Virus record (IMG/VR): IMGVR_UViG_3300043446_005140
Location: 1-55,910 of that record
DNA: 55,910 bases
From: a virus
Taxonomy: Duplodnaviria; Caudoviricetes
Direction: 5' to 3' (one strand)
Shown here: piece after piece, positions 30,411 through 40,063 of the stretch
Layout of the letters: every line of letters starts with the position of its first letter
Numbering within the stretch: the stretch's first letter is position 1
The notes under the pieces: generated by a model
The model's input: only the letters and a program-made list of their open reading frames with translations
Databases searched by the model: none
Told to the model about the DNA's origin: nothing
Program-made: the position numbers and the translations under genes

Positions 30411-30660
30411 TAAACGACCCGCGTCATGTATCGGCGGATCGTTGTTGGAATCGGTTTCGGCACGCCCGTAAGTGCACCAAACCGATTGAAATAACGGTTG
30501 CAAAGTGCGTATCGAAGCAAATTGCAGCGTTTTCGAGCTTACAATTACCGTTACGAAGTAACTGTTTGAGTACCAATTTATCCAACGATATCAATCACTT
30601 ACCAGTGACCGATTGCACGTGTGCCGATTCGCGTGCCGATTTGTTTTTTCTTGGTCCACT
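30411..30660. other. Candidate attP region
   Basis: Non-coding, lower-GC convergence point at the integrase 3' end, with direct repeat GTGCCGATT x2 and inverted AACCG...CGGTT. Confidence 0.4.
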
Positions 30661-31842
30661 GTAAAAATTCTTGTCAAAAACGGTGCGCGGTTCGATGACG
30701 CATGCTGGCAATTCTGGAAACACGTTGCCGAACGTGGCCCGCAGATTCTCGGCTTCCCGGATGTACTCCATTGTGGTGTTGATGTTGGTGTGGTGAGCCC
30801 GGTGTGCAACCACCGCAGGGTTATCCCCACGCACAATGGCCCATGTGATGCCCGTGGCCCGCAGATCATGCCAACGCACCGGGCAAGTTGTTCCTCCCGC
30901 ACCAAACAGCTCGGCTCGAGATACTCCGGCCAAACGCAAGTATCTTTTCAGCCTGGATGACCATTCTTTCGGCGAATCCAAATTGCCGACCACCGGACCC
31001 ACGCCACCCGACTCCTGGTGCATGGCCCGCAGCAACGGCATCAACGCCGGCTCGATTGGGATGCGCCTGGACAATGTGGCTCCCTTGTTAGCTCCCTTGG
31101 TCATCCCCACCGTACGGGTTGCCGCGTTCATCGCCTGGTGGACGTGGATGTACCCATCGTCCAAGTGCACGTCGGCCCAATCTAGGGCGATCAACTCACC
31201 CAATCGTGTATAGGTGTACGTGCACAACGCAACCTTGCGTTTGAAATCATGCGGGACACGTCGAGACTGCATTAATTGCAAAAACTCGGACGGCCAAAGA
31301 TATTGCTTGATGCGTTCGGCTCCCTTGTCGGGGCGTTGGACATCTCGAGTCGGATCCGCAGTGATGACTCGCAGCGATGGGACTTTGCTGGTGCGCGCCT
31401 CACGAAATAGCGACCGCAACATAAACCAAACGGCATTGGCTGTACGCCACGCCAATTGTTTGGTGCGGATCGCATCGTCCAAATACCGGACGACGGCTTC
31501 CATGTGCGCCGGTTGGACGGCGCCAATCTCGAGCGCACCGATAATCGGTGCCACATGCTTGTTGTATTTATACGTTAAGTCCACCCGATTGTTTTTCCGT
31601 GCGGCCCATTGCACGAAGTATTCCGACACGCTTAGGCCGGATTTCGCGGGAACCAGCATGGTCCCGATTTCCGCTCGTACACGCGCTGATATCTCGGCCC
31701 CAAGTATTTTAGCGGTTTCGACGTCACCTTCGCCCAGCGCCGCGTCAATCTTCATCAAACGCCGGCTGCCGTCCAGCATCGTGACCCGAACTGCCCAGTT
31801 TTTACCCGTCCAACGAACCGTCCCAGTTGCTGTTTTGCTCAT
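30595..31842 (-). CDS. int: Tyrosine recombinase (integrase)
   Basis: TRLGE (R), TKG (K), WHDLRAT (HxxR), AHH and EY (Y) motifs. Start placed at MSKTAT. Confidence 0.95.
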   Translation of the reverse strand: MSKTATGTVRWTGKNWAVRVTMLDGSRRLMKIDAALGEGDVETAKILGAEISARVRAEIGTMLVPAKSGLSVSEYFVQWAARKNNRVDLTYKYNKHVAPIIGALEIGAVQPAHMEAVVRYLDDAIRTKQLAWRTANAVWFMLRSLFREARTSKVPSLRVITADPTRDVQRPDKGAERIKQYLWPSEFLQLMQSRRVPHDFKRKVALCTYTYTRLGELIALDWADVHLDDGYIHVHQAMNAATRTVGMTKGANKGATLSRRIPIEPALMPLLRAMHQESGGVGPVVGNLDSPKEWSSRLKRYLRLAGVSRAELFGAGGTTCPVRWHDLRATGITWAIVRGDNPAVVAHRAHHTNINTTMEYIREAENLRATFGNVFPELPACVIEPRTVFDKNFYSGPRKNKSARESAHVQSVTGK

Positions 31843-31873
31843 AGTGCCGATTGTAATGATCGGCAGATTGTGA

Positions 31874-32209
31874 TCAAGCGATCCGCCGTAAAGATTTGGC
31901 AATCGACCGCTGAACGATTGTTTCCATGTCGTCGCAAACTGGTTGATTCTGTTTCGGTTTCGCCCGTCGGGCGTTGGCTCGAAATAATTTCCAAGACGTG
32001 TCCGAGACGAACCACACCCTGCCGGTTTTCGTCGCATCCGGAATCTGGCGGGCCAGCTCGTTGAATCTCTTTCGGCTGGGGCAATCGGGTGGCAAATGCA
32101 CGCTGGACCACACGGAGTTACCCGTGCGGCCCAGCTTTTCGGCCACTTGGTCGGCAATCATGCCAGCCAGCCGGCCAAGTAACTCGTCCAGATCAGAGGG
32201 AATCGCCAT
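31874..32209 (-). CDS. Putative excisionase/DNA-binding protein
   Basis: Small basic protein just upstream of int, with winged-helix-like IPDATKTGRVWFV. Confidence 0.55.
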   Translation of the reverse strand: MAIPSDLDELLGRLAGMIADQVAEKLGRTGNSVWSSVHLPPDCPSRKRFNELARQIPDATKTGRVWFVSDTSWKLFRANARRAKPKQNQPVCDDMETIVQRSIAKSLRRIA

Positions 32210-32387
32210 AGCGCGCAATCTGGCTATACAGGTCTGCCGCTTGATCGATCATCAAGTACAGATTTGTCCTGATTTGATCATCGGTCCATCCGTCCGACTT
32301 GAGTTCAGACATTCGCATATCGACCGCGTGCACAACTCGTTCCAATGCATCCATGGCACGCCGCAATTCAACGTCATTTCGAATCAT
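32193..32387 (-). CDS. Hypothetical protein
   Basis: GGAGG RBS; operonic. Confidence 0.6.
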   Translation of the reverse strand: MIRNDVELRRAMDALERVVHAVDMRMSELKSDGWTDDQIRTNLYLMIDQAADLYSQIARYGDSL

Positions 32388-32435
32388 TTTGAATCCTCCA
32401 ACAATCGGGCAGCTATGATTACTAGGGGTACACGT

Positions 32436-32825
32436 TTACCAAGCCGGGTCGGCTTCGGATTGCTTGAACTTGGCCCACGTTCGAGCCAACTTGGCGTCGA
32501 ACAAGGTATATTCCCAGTATGGCTTGCCGTTGGCATTGCACTTGGGGGTTGGTGACATCCGATCCCTGGAACCCATATACTGGAGGTAACTAGCCAGCTC
32601 CTGCAAAAAGTCCGATGGGCACTCGGACATCTTTTTCCCAACCATAGATTCCCCTTTCCAGCTACGAGGTTGGATTTTGATTTGCTTGTCTGCCCATTCC
32701 TCGTCCAGTTTCACAAACGGAAAAACTTCGTCGACAGCCGCCTTGATCGAAGCAGCCATTGCTGCCTTTTCCAGCTTGGAGATGCGCGCCTCTAGTTCGT
32801 TGATCTTGTCCATATGCTCGGTCAT
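32436..32825 (-). CDS. Hypothetical protein
   Basis: Operonic ORF starting MTEHMDK. Confidence 0.65.
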   Translation of the reverse strand: MTEHMDKINELEARISKLEKAAMAASIKAAVDEVFPFVKLDEEWADKQIKIQPRSWKGESMVGKKMSECPSDFLQELASYLQYMGSRDRMSPTPKCNANGKPYWEYTLFDAKLARTWAKFKQSEADPAW

Positions 32826-32827
32826 GA

Positions 32828-33847
32828 CTACGCCTTTCGTTTCACTTGTCGTGGATACGTCGTTGTATTGTCGTAATAGCATTCAGATATATCGTCATCG
32901 GATGCGCCGCGCGCCCTGGCCAGCTTGACCAGCTTGCCGACGTTGGCCGCACGCTTGGTTGTGGAATACATGCGAACAACTGTACCGTCTGGCATATCAA
33001 TGCCATGCTGATCCACATAGTCGTTGACCAGCGGCTTGACGCGATCAATCGCGATGCGCGCTTGTTCGTATGCGGCCCACACTTGGGACATTTCTCCACT
33101 ATCGTTGATGGATCCGGCCTTTAGTAATGCGGCTCCCTGAGCCGGACAGGACCAATACGCAGGGCAGAATCGACATTGCGGGCCAGTGGCAACCGATACG
33201 TTTGGCATCTTGGATGCCGCTTCCAGGATATCCGCCCGTAGCTTGCCCAGAACTTCGATGGTCTCGACGAAATCCCACGTCGAGAATTTCGTGCTGGAGA
33301 CGCTATGGGTGCCGTCCTCGTGGATGTACACATATTCTGCAACCACGACCGATGCATCCGTCAGCATGTGCACTGCCGTTGCGGCGAACCGCAACTGCAT
33401 CTTGTGGTACGGATCCCCTAGATTGGAGCCGGTCTTGTAGTCACGAACCACATACGTCCCAGATCGAAGACATACAACATCCACTGTGCCAACAAATTCG
33501 CGGTCTGTACGATCTGCGTACTCACGTTGTCCACCGCGCATCTGGCGACATGTTTCGCTACAAATATCAATCGCATACGGTACCTCGGCTGTAATTTCAG
33601 TTAGACCAGCAAACAGTGCATCCACGTCAATCATCGAACACCAGTCGACGTACTGGGTCGGAACCAACGCCAATGCAGCTTGGCGATCCACTCCCTTGGC
33701 GATAGCTTCAAGGTAATTGTGCGCGGCATTGCCGCGAACGGCTGGTTCGCCGGATGGGCGGATCTCGTGCGGCAAAACGACACTTGCGGGGCACGCGATT
33801 GCATCGTCCAGCCGACTGGCGGTTGGCATCAACGCTAGTTTGGCCAT
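32828..33847 (-). CDS. PD-(D/E)XK nuclease (RecB/Cas4-like exonuclease)
   Basis: CP, RG..AH, AEVPY, GTVD, DYKTG, QL and CRFCP...CP motifs. Confidence 0.88.
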   Translation of the reverse strand: MAKLALMPTASRLDDAIACPASVVLPHEIRPSGEPAVRGNAAHNYLEAIAKGVDRQAALALVPTQYVDWCSMIDVDALFAGLTEITAEVPYAIDICSETCRQMRGGQREYADRTDREFVGTVDVVCLRSGTYVVRDYKTGSNLGDPYHKMQLRFAATAVHMLTDASVVVAEYVYIHEDGTHSVSSTKFSTWDFVETIEVLGKLRADILEAASKMPNVSVATGPQCRFCPAYWSCPAQGAALLKAGSINDSGEMSQVWAAYEQARIAIDRVKPLVNDYVDQHGIDMPDGTVVRMYSTTKRAANVGKLVKLARARGASDDDISECYYDNTTTYPRQVKRKA

Positions 33848-34014
33848 ACGACCTCGTGCAACCTCGGGGACTCCACCATGGATTGTTCGTATTCTTGTAC
33901 GGCTGACTCCAGAGCTAAAAACTCAGGACCGCAATCTCCGCGATCCCACATCTCGTCCAGCGTGGCGATAGCGTCTTGATATTGGGCCTCGTCGGTTATT
34001 TTGGGGGCACTCAT
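33835..34014 (-). CDS. 59-aa protein resembling the HigA antitoxin N-terminal region
   Basis: Manual translation MSAPKITDEAQYQDAIATLDEMWDRGDCGPEFLALESAVQEYEQ...; ATGA-coupled to the ERF stop; below the ORF-track size cutoff. Confidence 0.6.
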   Translation of the reverse strand: MSAPKITDEAQYQDAIATLDEMWDRGDCGPEFLALESAVQEYEQSMVESPRLHEVVWPN

Positions 34015-34730
34015 TTGCCACCCGCTTTTAGAAACGTGTGCTTCTCGCGATATGCGCCGATCACGGCGTCATCCGGCACGTCTAGCGACTTGATCTTGGT
34101 TCTGGCCGTATTCAGCTCTCCCAGCGTAGTTGCCTGTTTAATCAGCTCCAACGCAGTCGCGATACGTTCCTCGACGGATGGCGGCGGGGTGGCCGGCTTG
34201 GGGGTCGGTTGCGCCGGTGGTGGATTGGGCGCCTGGCTCGCAATCTGACTCGCATGTTTGGACGCAGGCTTGGGGGTCGGTTGAAATTGTCGATCATCCC
34301 TCGTATCGACCGATTCCTCTTCGCGAGGCAGTAGCAGCAATCCCCTGAGGTAGTACCCCAGGTTGTAGGTCAACGCGGTCGCCTCGGCTTTATCTTGGGG
34401 GCGTCCCTTTTCGGGGAGCACACTGGTTTCGGTCGTTGCCGTTACACTGGCGCCACTTTCGTGAACCAGCATATACGTAACCTGAACCTTGGACTTTACG
34501 CCTTCAAGATCGGTAACGGGGACAACTACCCAATTGACCGGCATCACGGCCAACCCGGCTTCCCCTAGGGCAGCGCGGCTTTCCTCAATCAACGCCTCTG
34601 CGGAAGCGTACTTATAGCCATGGAATGAGTTTTTAGATGCCTTTGCTACGGCCTGGGCATGTCGTTGCGCGGCAACCAGCGCCGCCGCCATTGTCGGATA
34701 TTTCGAAACGTGTTCGGGCATGGGACGCAT
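34011..34730 (-). CDS. erf: ERF-family single-strand annealing protein
   Basis: AL..AQ, K...N.FHGYKYAS, HESG and Q....A.TY motifs. Confidence 0.88.
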   Translation of the reverse strand: MRPMPEHVSKYPTMAAALVAAQRHAQAVAKASKNSFHGYKYASAEALIEESRAALGEAGLAVMPVNWVVVPVTDLEGVKSKVQVTYMLVHESGASVTATTETSVLPEKGRPQDKAEATALTYNLGYYLRGLLLLPREEESVDTRDDRQFQPTPKPASKHASQIASQAPNPPPAQPTPKPATPPPSVEERIATALELIKQATTLGELNTARTKIKSLDVPDDAVIGAYREKHTFLKAGGK

Positions 34731-34805
34731 AATGATTCGCGTCCGATGAAATGCAAGCCACCGATGCCATTTGGTGCGTATCGGTGCGTATTCACACGCC
34801 TATTT

Positions 34806-35240
34806 CTAATCGCCTTGAAGCACTTGCAGGTTCACGACGTTAAACATCCCGCCGATCTGCTTGATTTGTGCCTGGCCCATGGCTTGGTTCGATGCGCGAA
34901 ACAGTAATTCAATCTGGGAGATGGTCACCGGATGCCATTTCATTTTTGCGCCGATAGCTCGCACAACTGGAATTTGTTCGACGGCGGGAGCCGTCGCCAA
35001 CGAATACTTGTCCAACAGTGTTTCGATGTCCGTTTTCAGCCACGACAATACCTTATTTGCAAACAATGTCCCGCACTTACCGTACTCGACGGCAGTATAT
35101 GCAGTGGACTGCGAAACACCCAGTTGAGCCGCCAACTGGTATGTGCTCCAGTCGCGCTTTTCGCACTCTTCTCGCAGGACCAATTGGATGGCTTTTTTGA
35201 CGTTTTCCGGCAATTGGCTGGTTGTTCCGTACTGTAGCAT
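34806..35240 (-). CDS. XRE-type HTH repressor candidate
   Basis: WSTYQLAAQLGVSQSTAY helix-turn-helix; first gene of the leftward operon; GGAGG RBS. Confidence 0.7.
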   Translation of the reverse strand: MLQYGTTSQLPENVKKAIQLVLREECEKRDWSTYQLAAQLGVSQSTAYTAVEYGKCGTLFANKVLSWLKTDIETLLDKYSLATAPAVEQIPVVRAIGAKMKWHPVTISQIELLFRASNQAMGQAQIKQIGGMFNVVNLQVLQGD

Positions 35241-35309
35241 TGTGACCTCCGATGTATGATAACGTAGGGATACATAATCGTTGAGCGAAAATCAAGTGCT
35301 TGTAGCCGA

Positions 35310-35325
35310 TGCAGTAATCGGGCCA
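35310..35325 (-). promoter_or_regulatory. sigma54-type promoter motif upstream of repressor
   Basis: Reverse strand TGGCCCGATTACTGCA (GG-N10-GC). Confidence 0.5.
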
Positions 35326-35390
35326 AATACTAGAAGAAATATTGCAGAAACCCACATAGCGCGTGGTAATCGGTCCGCTATGATTGGTTT

Positions 35391-35930
35391 ATGAGCGCAA
35401 CCAATCGCGGATCGATTCGACAGGAAACGGATTTTTACGCCACGCCCGAATGGTGTGTGCAAAAACTGATGAACAATTTACCACCACTGGACCGTGTGTT
35501 GGATCCGGCCGCAGGCAACGGAGCCATCCTGGAGGCAATCCGCACCAGGTACCCGGATGTCAACCAGCGAGGATTTGAAATCGTCGCGGAGATGGCGCGC
35601 AAAGACACCGAGTTTATCGCAACTCGCGACGCCCTAGGGCCGGGTGATTGGAACGCTCCGGCATACATCATCATGAATCCCCCTTTTCGTGATGCGCAAA
35701 AGTTTGTCGAACGATCTCTTCTGGAGGTAGGCCACAACGGTACAGTGTGTGCCTTGTTGCGGTTGAACTGGTTAGCGGGCCAGTCGCGACGAGAGTTTCA
35801 CCGGCAAAACCCTGCGGACGTGTACGTTTTGGCGCGTCGCCCGTCGTTTACGGGTGGAGGTACTGACGCGACAGAATACGCCTGGTTTGTCTGGGGTGCA
35901 AATCGTGGCAACAGGTGGTTCATGCTATGA
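35391..35930 (+). CDS. Small DNA N6-adenine methyltransferase
   Basis: DFYATP, VLDPAAGNGAI and IIMNPPF motifs. Confidence 0.88.
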   Translation: MSATNRGSIRQETDFYATPEWCVQKLMNNLPPLDRVLDPAAGNGAILEAIRTRYPDVNQRGFEIVAEMARKDTEFIATRDALGPGDWNAPAYIIMNPPFRDAQKFVERSLLEVGHNGTVCALLRLNWLAGQSRREFHRQNPADVYVLARRPSFTGGGTDATEYAWFVWGANRGNRWFML

Positions 35931-36343
35931 AAGATAACCATCTACAGGCGATGATTTACGCGCCGGAACGTATAAATAAATTGGTGTCTGAACTATCGAA
36001 ATTGGTCCAGTCAGCACATCCGGTGGTCGCAGCATCAGCCACCGAGACTTCCAAGTTGTGGTCTACCGTTTCATCGTCAGAATCAACGGTCGAATTGTTG
36101 GGCGACGGTCCATCCGAGGGGTTCGAGGAAAACTACAAGAAAACAGTTGCGGCAAACGAGATACACGCACTGTTGGGCCAACTTACGTGGCGAGATCGGA
36201 TCTCCGAAAAGATCATGTGGGTATATGCAGCGGCAGATCCTGGATTGTTGCGACTGCGGTTGGTCGCGCTGGCGGCATTGCTGATCCAATGGGCCGCCGA
36301 AATCGAGTTTCGCGAAATGTCCAAACGAAAGGGAGAATCGTGA
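35927..36343 (+). CDS. Hypothetical protein
   Basis: ATGA-coupled operonic ORF. Confidence 0.65.
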   Translation: MKDNHLQAMIYAPERINKLVSELSKLVQSAHPVVAASATETSKLWSTVSSSESTVELLGDGPSEGFEENYKKTVAANEIHALLGQLTWRDRISEKIMWVYAAADPGLLRLRLVALAALLIQWAAEIEFREMSKRKGES

Positions 36344-36768
36344 TGGTCGTTGGTCAGATCCTGTATCAGCTAAGCAACGGTCGCAAAGGTGTTGTTGACT
36401 CAGTGGACGAAGGAAAATTTTCGGTGTTGTGGGAGGGCGGATTCCGGGTGACTGGATACGACTCCAGCCACATGTTTTTGTTCAAGTTGGGGACAATTGA
36501 TTTCGCGTCACTTGGCGAATCGGTCGGACAATTGGTATCCGAAAAACAATCAGCGTACGGCGATTCATTTAGTCGCGCACACGAGATCCTCAGGGTGCTG
36601 TATCCCGATGGGATCTCGGTTGCTCAATACAAGGACATGCTGGCGTTGACGCGAATCATCGACAAGATGTTCCGGATCGCAAACGCCAAGGATGCATTCG
36701 GCGAGTCCCCTTACCGGGATATTGCTGGATATGGCCTATTGGGTATGTCGGGTGACCCTAAGCCATGA
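36343..36768 (+). CDS. Nucleotide-modification-associated-domain-like protein
   Basis: K..AYGDSF, RIIDKMFRIA and ESPYRDIAGY motifs. Confidence 0.6.
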   Translation: MVVGQILYQLSNGRKGVVDSVDEGKFSVLWEGGFRVTGYDSSHMFLFKLGTIDFASLGESVGQLVSEKQSAYGDSFSRAHEILRVLYPDGISVAQYKDMLALTRIIDKMFRIANAKDAFGESPYRDIAGYGLLGMSGDPKP

Positions 36769-37022
36769 CACTGCAATTTGTGTTTGCGGCGTTAACGATT
36801 GTCGCCATCGGTCACATTGTGTGGCTGATGGTTGGCACCCGGCATGTTCACAAATTGGCAACCGGAATGATTGCTACCGGCGCAGTGATGTACATCGCTC
36901 CGTCGCTTGGAATGCAGCCGCTGGTCGCCATCCTGGCCGGCAACATATGCGTACCTTTGCTGTATTTACTCGAGGTGAAACGTGAAAATTGTTCGCGCGT
37001 GGCAAACAAAAAACACGATTAG
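36765..37022 (+). CDS. Small membrane protein
   Basis: Three hydrophobic segments; ATGA coupling. Confidence 0.6.
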   Translation: MTLQFVFAALTIVAIGHIVWLMVGTRHVHKLATGMIATGAVMYIAPSLGMQPLVAILAGNICVPLLYLLEVKRENCSRVANKKHD

Positions 37023-39261
37023 CGCACTGTATTTCGACGACAAGGGTACATTACGACTGAAGATGGCCACTGGGAAACCGGTGGCCTTTTTTGATGACGT
37101 TGTCCCCAAGGATCGTTTCCTGGATCAAAGGGTCGTTGGGCTGGAAAAGACAGGCCGTTATTGGCGAGCTACGTTTTCCAGCGGGCACTGGGACAAGGGA
37201 CGACGAGAGTTCGTTGATCACCGCGAGCAATTCTGCCGGGAGATGGTCTCCCAGGGGTTTGCGACATACGAGGGAGACGTGTCGGTTCTGAAACGATGGA
37301 TGATTGACAACAACATCCAGATCCAGCGTCCCCGTCGAGTGTACTTGGACATCGAAACCGATAGCAGGGTGCCATTCGTCGACGCCATTGCGGGCCACGC
37401 GCGCGTGTTGTGTTGGGCGCTGGTGGGACCGTCCGGTGAGCACGTTTCTGGCGTCTTGAAAGAGGATTCGGACGAAGCCGAATACCAGTTGCTGGAAAGC
37501 CTGGTGCATCACTTGGAAGAGTACGATCAGATCGTCGGCTGGAACTCGGACATGTTCGATAAGCCCGTTATCCTAGCGAGGATCGACCACTTGAAGGTAC
37601 CGGTCAAAGACATTCGTCGATGGCTTTGGCTGGATCAGCTTCAGGTATACAAGCGGTACAACATCTCGAGCGCGGAATCTGGCGAGGACAAGGTTTCGTT
37701 CAAGTTGGATCACGTCGCAACGATGTTGCTGGGCGAAGGCAAGCACGATGTGGATGCATCGCAATCCTATAGGTACTGGCAAGATCCAACTCTAAGGAGC
37801 ACACTTGTCAAATACTGCGTACAAGATACCGACTTGCTACGCCGTATCGAGGAAAAAACAGGTTACCTGGAGCTGCATCAAACTGTGTGCGAAGCGTGCG
37901 GAGTGCAACCCGATTCAGCCAGCCTGAAGCCGACCGTATTCGTCGATATGTTTATGTTGCGGCTTGGCCAAGCGAACGGCATCCGGTTCCCGACCAAGTT
38001 CTATGCGGACGAGCTTGAGAGTACCAAGTACACCGGGGCGTTCGTCATGCAGCCCACCGAAACTGGCATTATCGAGAACGTACACGTGTGCGATTTTGCA
38101 TCGCTGTACCCATCGGTGATGATCGCGTGGAATCTCAGTCCAGATGCGAAGTCACCTACGGGAACATGCACCAGCCCAGGCACGGGGTTGCGTACGGACG
38201 CAACCAAACCGGGCGTTATCTGTACTGCACTACAGGCGCTATTGGATTTGCGTGCCCATTGGAATCAGGTGCGTGCGTCTATGGCGCCCGGAACCCCCGA
38301 ATCCAAGGACGCTGAAAGGCGAACCAACGCATACAAGATGGTTGCCAACTCGTTCTACGGGGTCGTTGGAACCCCATATAGTCGGTACTATGATCGAGAC
38401 ATCGTAGAGTCAACCACGTTGAACGGGCAGTGGCTGCTGAAACAGACCGTGATGTTTGCTCGCCAGGTGATGCCTGCGTCCAAGACGATCTACGGAGACA
38501 CGGACTCGTTGTTTGTCACTGGCGCGTCTGTCCAAGAGTTCGATGCGTTCGTCAAACGCTGCAACGACGAGCTGTATCCGCGCCTGACGGCAGAATCAGG
38601 ATGTGCGGTCAACAAGGTCAAGCTGGCATACGAAAAGGCGTTTTCAAGATTGGTGTTTACCGCCGCAAAAAGGTATGTCGGAAAATACTTGCACTACAAG
38701 GGGAAGCCCGCCCGCCCGGACTCGAAACCAGAAGTCAAGGGGCTGGAAATCAAGCGAGGGGACACATCGCGCCTGGCCCGCGATTTACAAGGAACCATCA
38801 TCCAGATGTTTGCGACAGGTGAAACCACCGTTGACCCATATTTCATGGCCGTTGCAGAGTTTCGCCAGCACGTTTTGACTGACGACCTGCCGCTGGAAGT
38901 CATCCAGATTACCAAGGGCATTTCCAGGCCACTGGAAGAATACAAGTCATCCGGCAATGCACCCGTACACGTGCAGATCGCACGTTCGCAATTGGCCAAA
39001 GGCTTGCAGATAACGGCAGGCACCAAGATCAACTACGTCGTGCTCGACGGATCCTGTAGTCCGTTGGTGGCCATAGATGCCTCGGAATTTACTGGCGAGT
39101 TTGATCGGCATTACTTGTGGGAGACCATGGTTTGGCCACCGAATTTACGTCTATTGACGGCGATGTTTCCGCGATTCGATTGGAACTATTTCGACCGCTC
39201 GCGACCCTCGAAAAAGTACAACCCGTGTCAGGGGGATCTGTTCGGAGCGATTGCAAAATGA
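36982..39261 (+). CDS. polB: Family B DNA polymerase with 3'-5' exonuclease
   Basis: LDIET, GWNSDMFD, YCVQD, DFASLYPS, KMVANSFYG, YGDTDS and KRY motifs. Confidence 0.97.
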   Translation: MKIVRAWQTKNTISALYFDDKGTLRLKMATGKPVAFFDDVVPKDRFLDQRVVGLEKTGRYWRATFSSGHWDKGRREFVDHREQFCREMVSQGFATYEGDVSVLKRWMIDNNIQIQRPRRVYLDIETDSRVPFVDAIAGHARVLCWALVGPSGEHVSGVLKEDSDEAEYQLLESLVHHLEEYDQIVGWNSDMFDKPVILARIDHLKVPVKDIRRWLWLDQLQVYKRYNISSAESGEDKVSFKLDHVATMLLGEGKHDVDASQSYRYWQDPTLRSTLVKYCVQDTDLLRRIEEKTGYLELHQTVCEACGVQPDSASLKPTVFVDMFMLRLGQANGIRFPTKFYADELESTKYTGAFVMQPTETGIIENVHVCDFASLYPSVMIAWNLSPDAKSPTGTCTSPGTGLRTDATKPGVICTALQALLDLRAHWNQVRASMAPGTPESKDAERRTNAYKMVANSFYGVVGTPYSRYYDRDIVESTTLNGQWLLKQTVMFARQVMPASKTIYGDTDSLFVTGASVQEFDAFVKRCNDELYPRLTAESGCAVNKVKLAYEKAFSRLVFTAAKRYVGKYLHYKGKPARPDSKPEVKGLEIKRGDTSRLARDLQGTIIQMFATGETTVDPYFMAVAEFRQHVLTDDLPLEVIQITKGISRPLEEYKSSGNAPVHVQIARSQLAKGLQITAGTKINYVVLDGSCSPLVAIDASEFTGEFDRHYLWETMVWPPNLRLLTAMFPRFDWNYFDRSRPSKKYNPCQGDLFGAIAK

Positions 39262-40055
39262 GCACACTGCAATCGGCATTGGAATATGCAGCGGCTGGTC
39301 TGGCGGTAATCCCGTTATGGCCCCATAGCAAACGGCCTATGACTAGGCGCGGTGTGCACGACGCCACGCACGACCCGGCCACGATCAAGGCGTGGTTTGC
39401 CGAATGCGCAACAGCAAATCTAGGGATTGCAACCGGCCCCATTAGTGGAATCTGGGTACTAGACGTAGACCCGAGAAACGGAGGCTGGTCCACATTGGCG
39501 GATCTGGAATTTACGCACGGCCCGCTAGAGGCGGCATGCGTGCAATCTACGGCCCAAGGCGGAGAGCACTATGTGTTCAAGCTGAGCGACAATCAAAAGT
39601 TGCGCAGCAAATTGGGCGATGGGATCGATCTACTAGGCGATAGCAGATATTTTGTCGCATTCCCCAGTGTGACACCCACCGGCACCTACAGATGGTTGAT
39701 GGGTCATCCGAGCGACACCGGTCCGGCACCGGAGTGGCTGAACGGATTGGTCGCACGTCCGGATGAATTGCCAGCCACGCCCGCAATGCCCCCTCGTCAA
39801 CCGTCCGCAATGGATATGACACGCATCCAACGTTACCTCGAGGCGATCCCGGGCGCAATCGCAGGCCAGGGGGGGCATGCACACACGTTTCTGGTGGCGT
39901 GCAAACTGGTGCACGGGTGGGGTTTGGACGACGACCTGGCAATGCAGGTGATGTCGGAATGGAACGCCAAATGTCAGCCGCCGTGGTCGCGGTGGGAGCT
40001 GGCCCGCAAAATCAAGTCCGCAAGGTCCACAGGCAAGTACAGGCGCTCACTATGA
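39258..40055 (+). CDS. Bifunctional primase-polymerase (Prim-Pol) with PriCT-like domain
   Basis: ALEYA..G.AVIPL, NLGIATG, VLDVD, T..GG.H motifs; C-terminal WN..C.PPW...EL. Confidence 0.9.
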   Translation: MSTLQSALEYAAAGLAVIPLWPHSKRPMTRRGVHDATHDPATIKAWFAECATANLGIATGPISGIWVLDVDPRNGGWSTLADLEFTHGPLEAACVQSTAQGGEHYVFKLSDNQKLRSKLGDGIDLLGDSRYFVAFPSVTPTGTYRWLMGHPSDTGPAPEWLNGLVARPDELPATPAMPPRQPSAMDMTRIQRYLEAIPGAIAGQGGHAHTFLVACKLVHGWGLDDDLAMQVMSEWNAKCQPPWSRWELARKIKSARSTGKYRRSL

Positions 40056-40063
40056 GGGAGAAT

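Noticed and set aside
30683-30705. tRNA T-arm fragment (GGTTCGA) as att core
   Set aside because: Flanks do not form a T-stem and no acceptor end follows; no tRNA gene was recognised in the window.
31843-32157. N-terminal extension of the integrase
   Set aside because: Overlaps the Xis-like ORF in another frame; integrase-like sequence begins at MSKTAT.
32828-33847. Cas4 as part of a CRISPR-Cas system
   Set aside because: No other cas genes or array; its position near ERF indicates a recombination exonuclease.
34751-34770. sigma54 motif upstream of erf
   Set aside because: Spacing is GG-N12-GC rather than the required N10.
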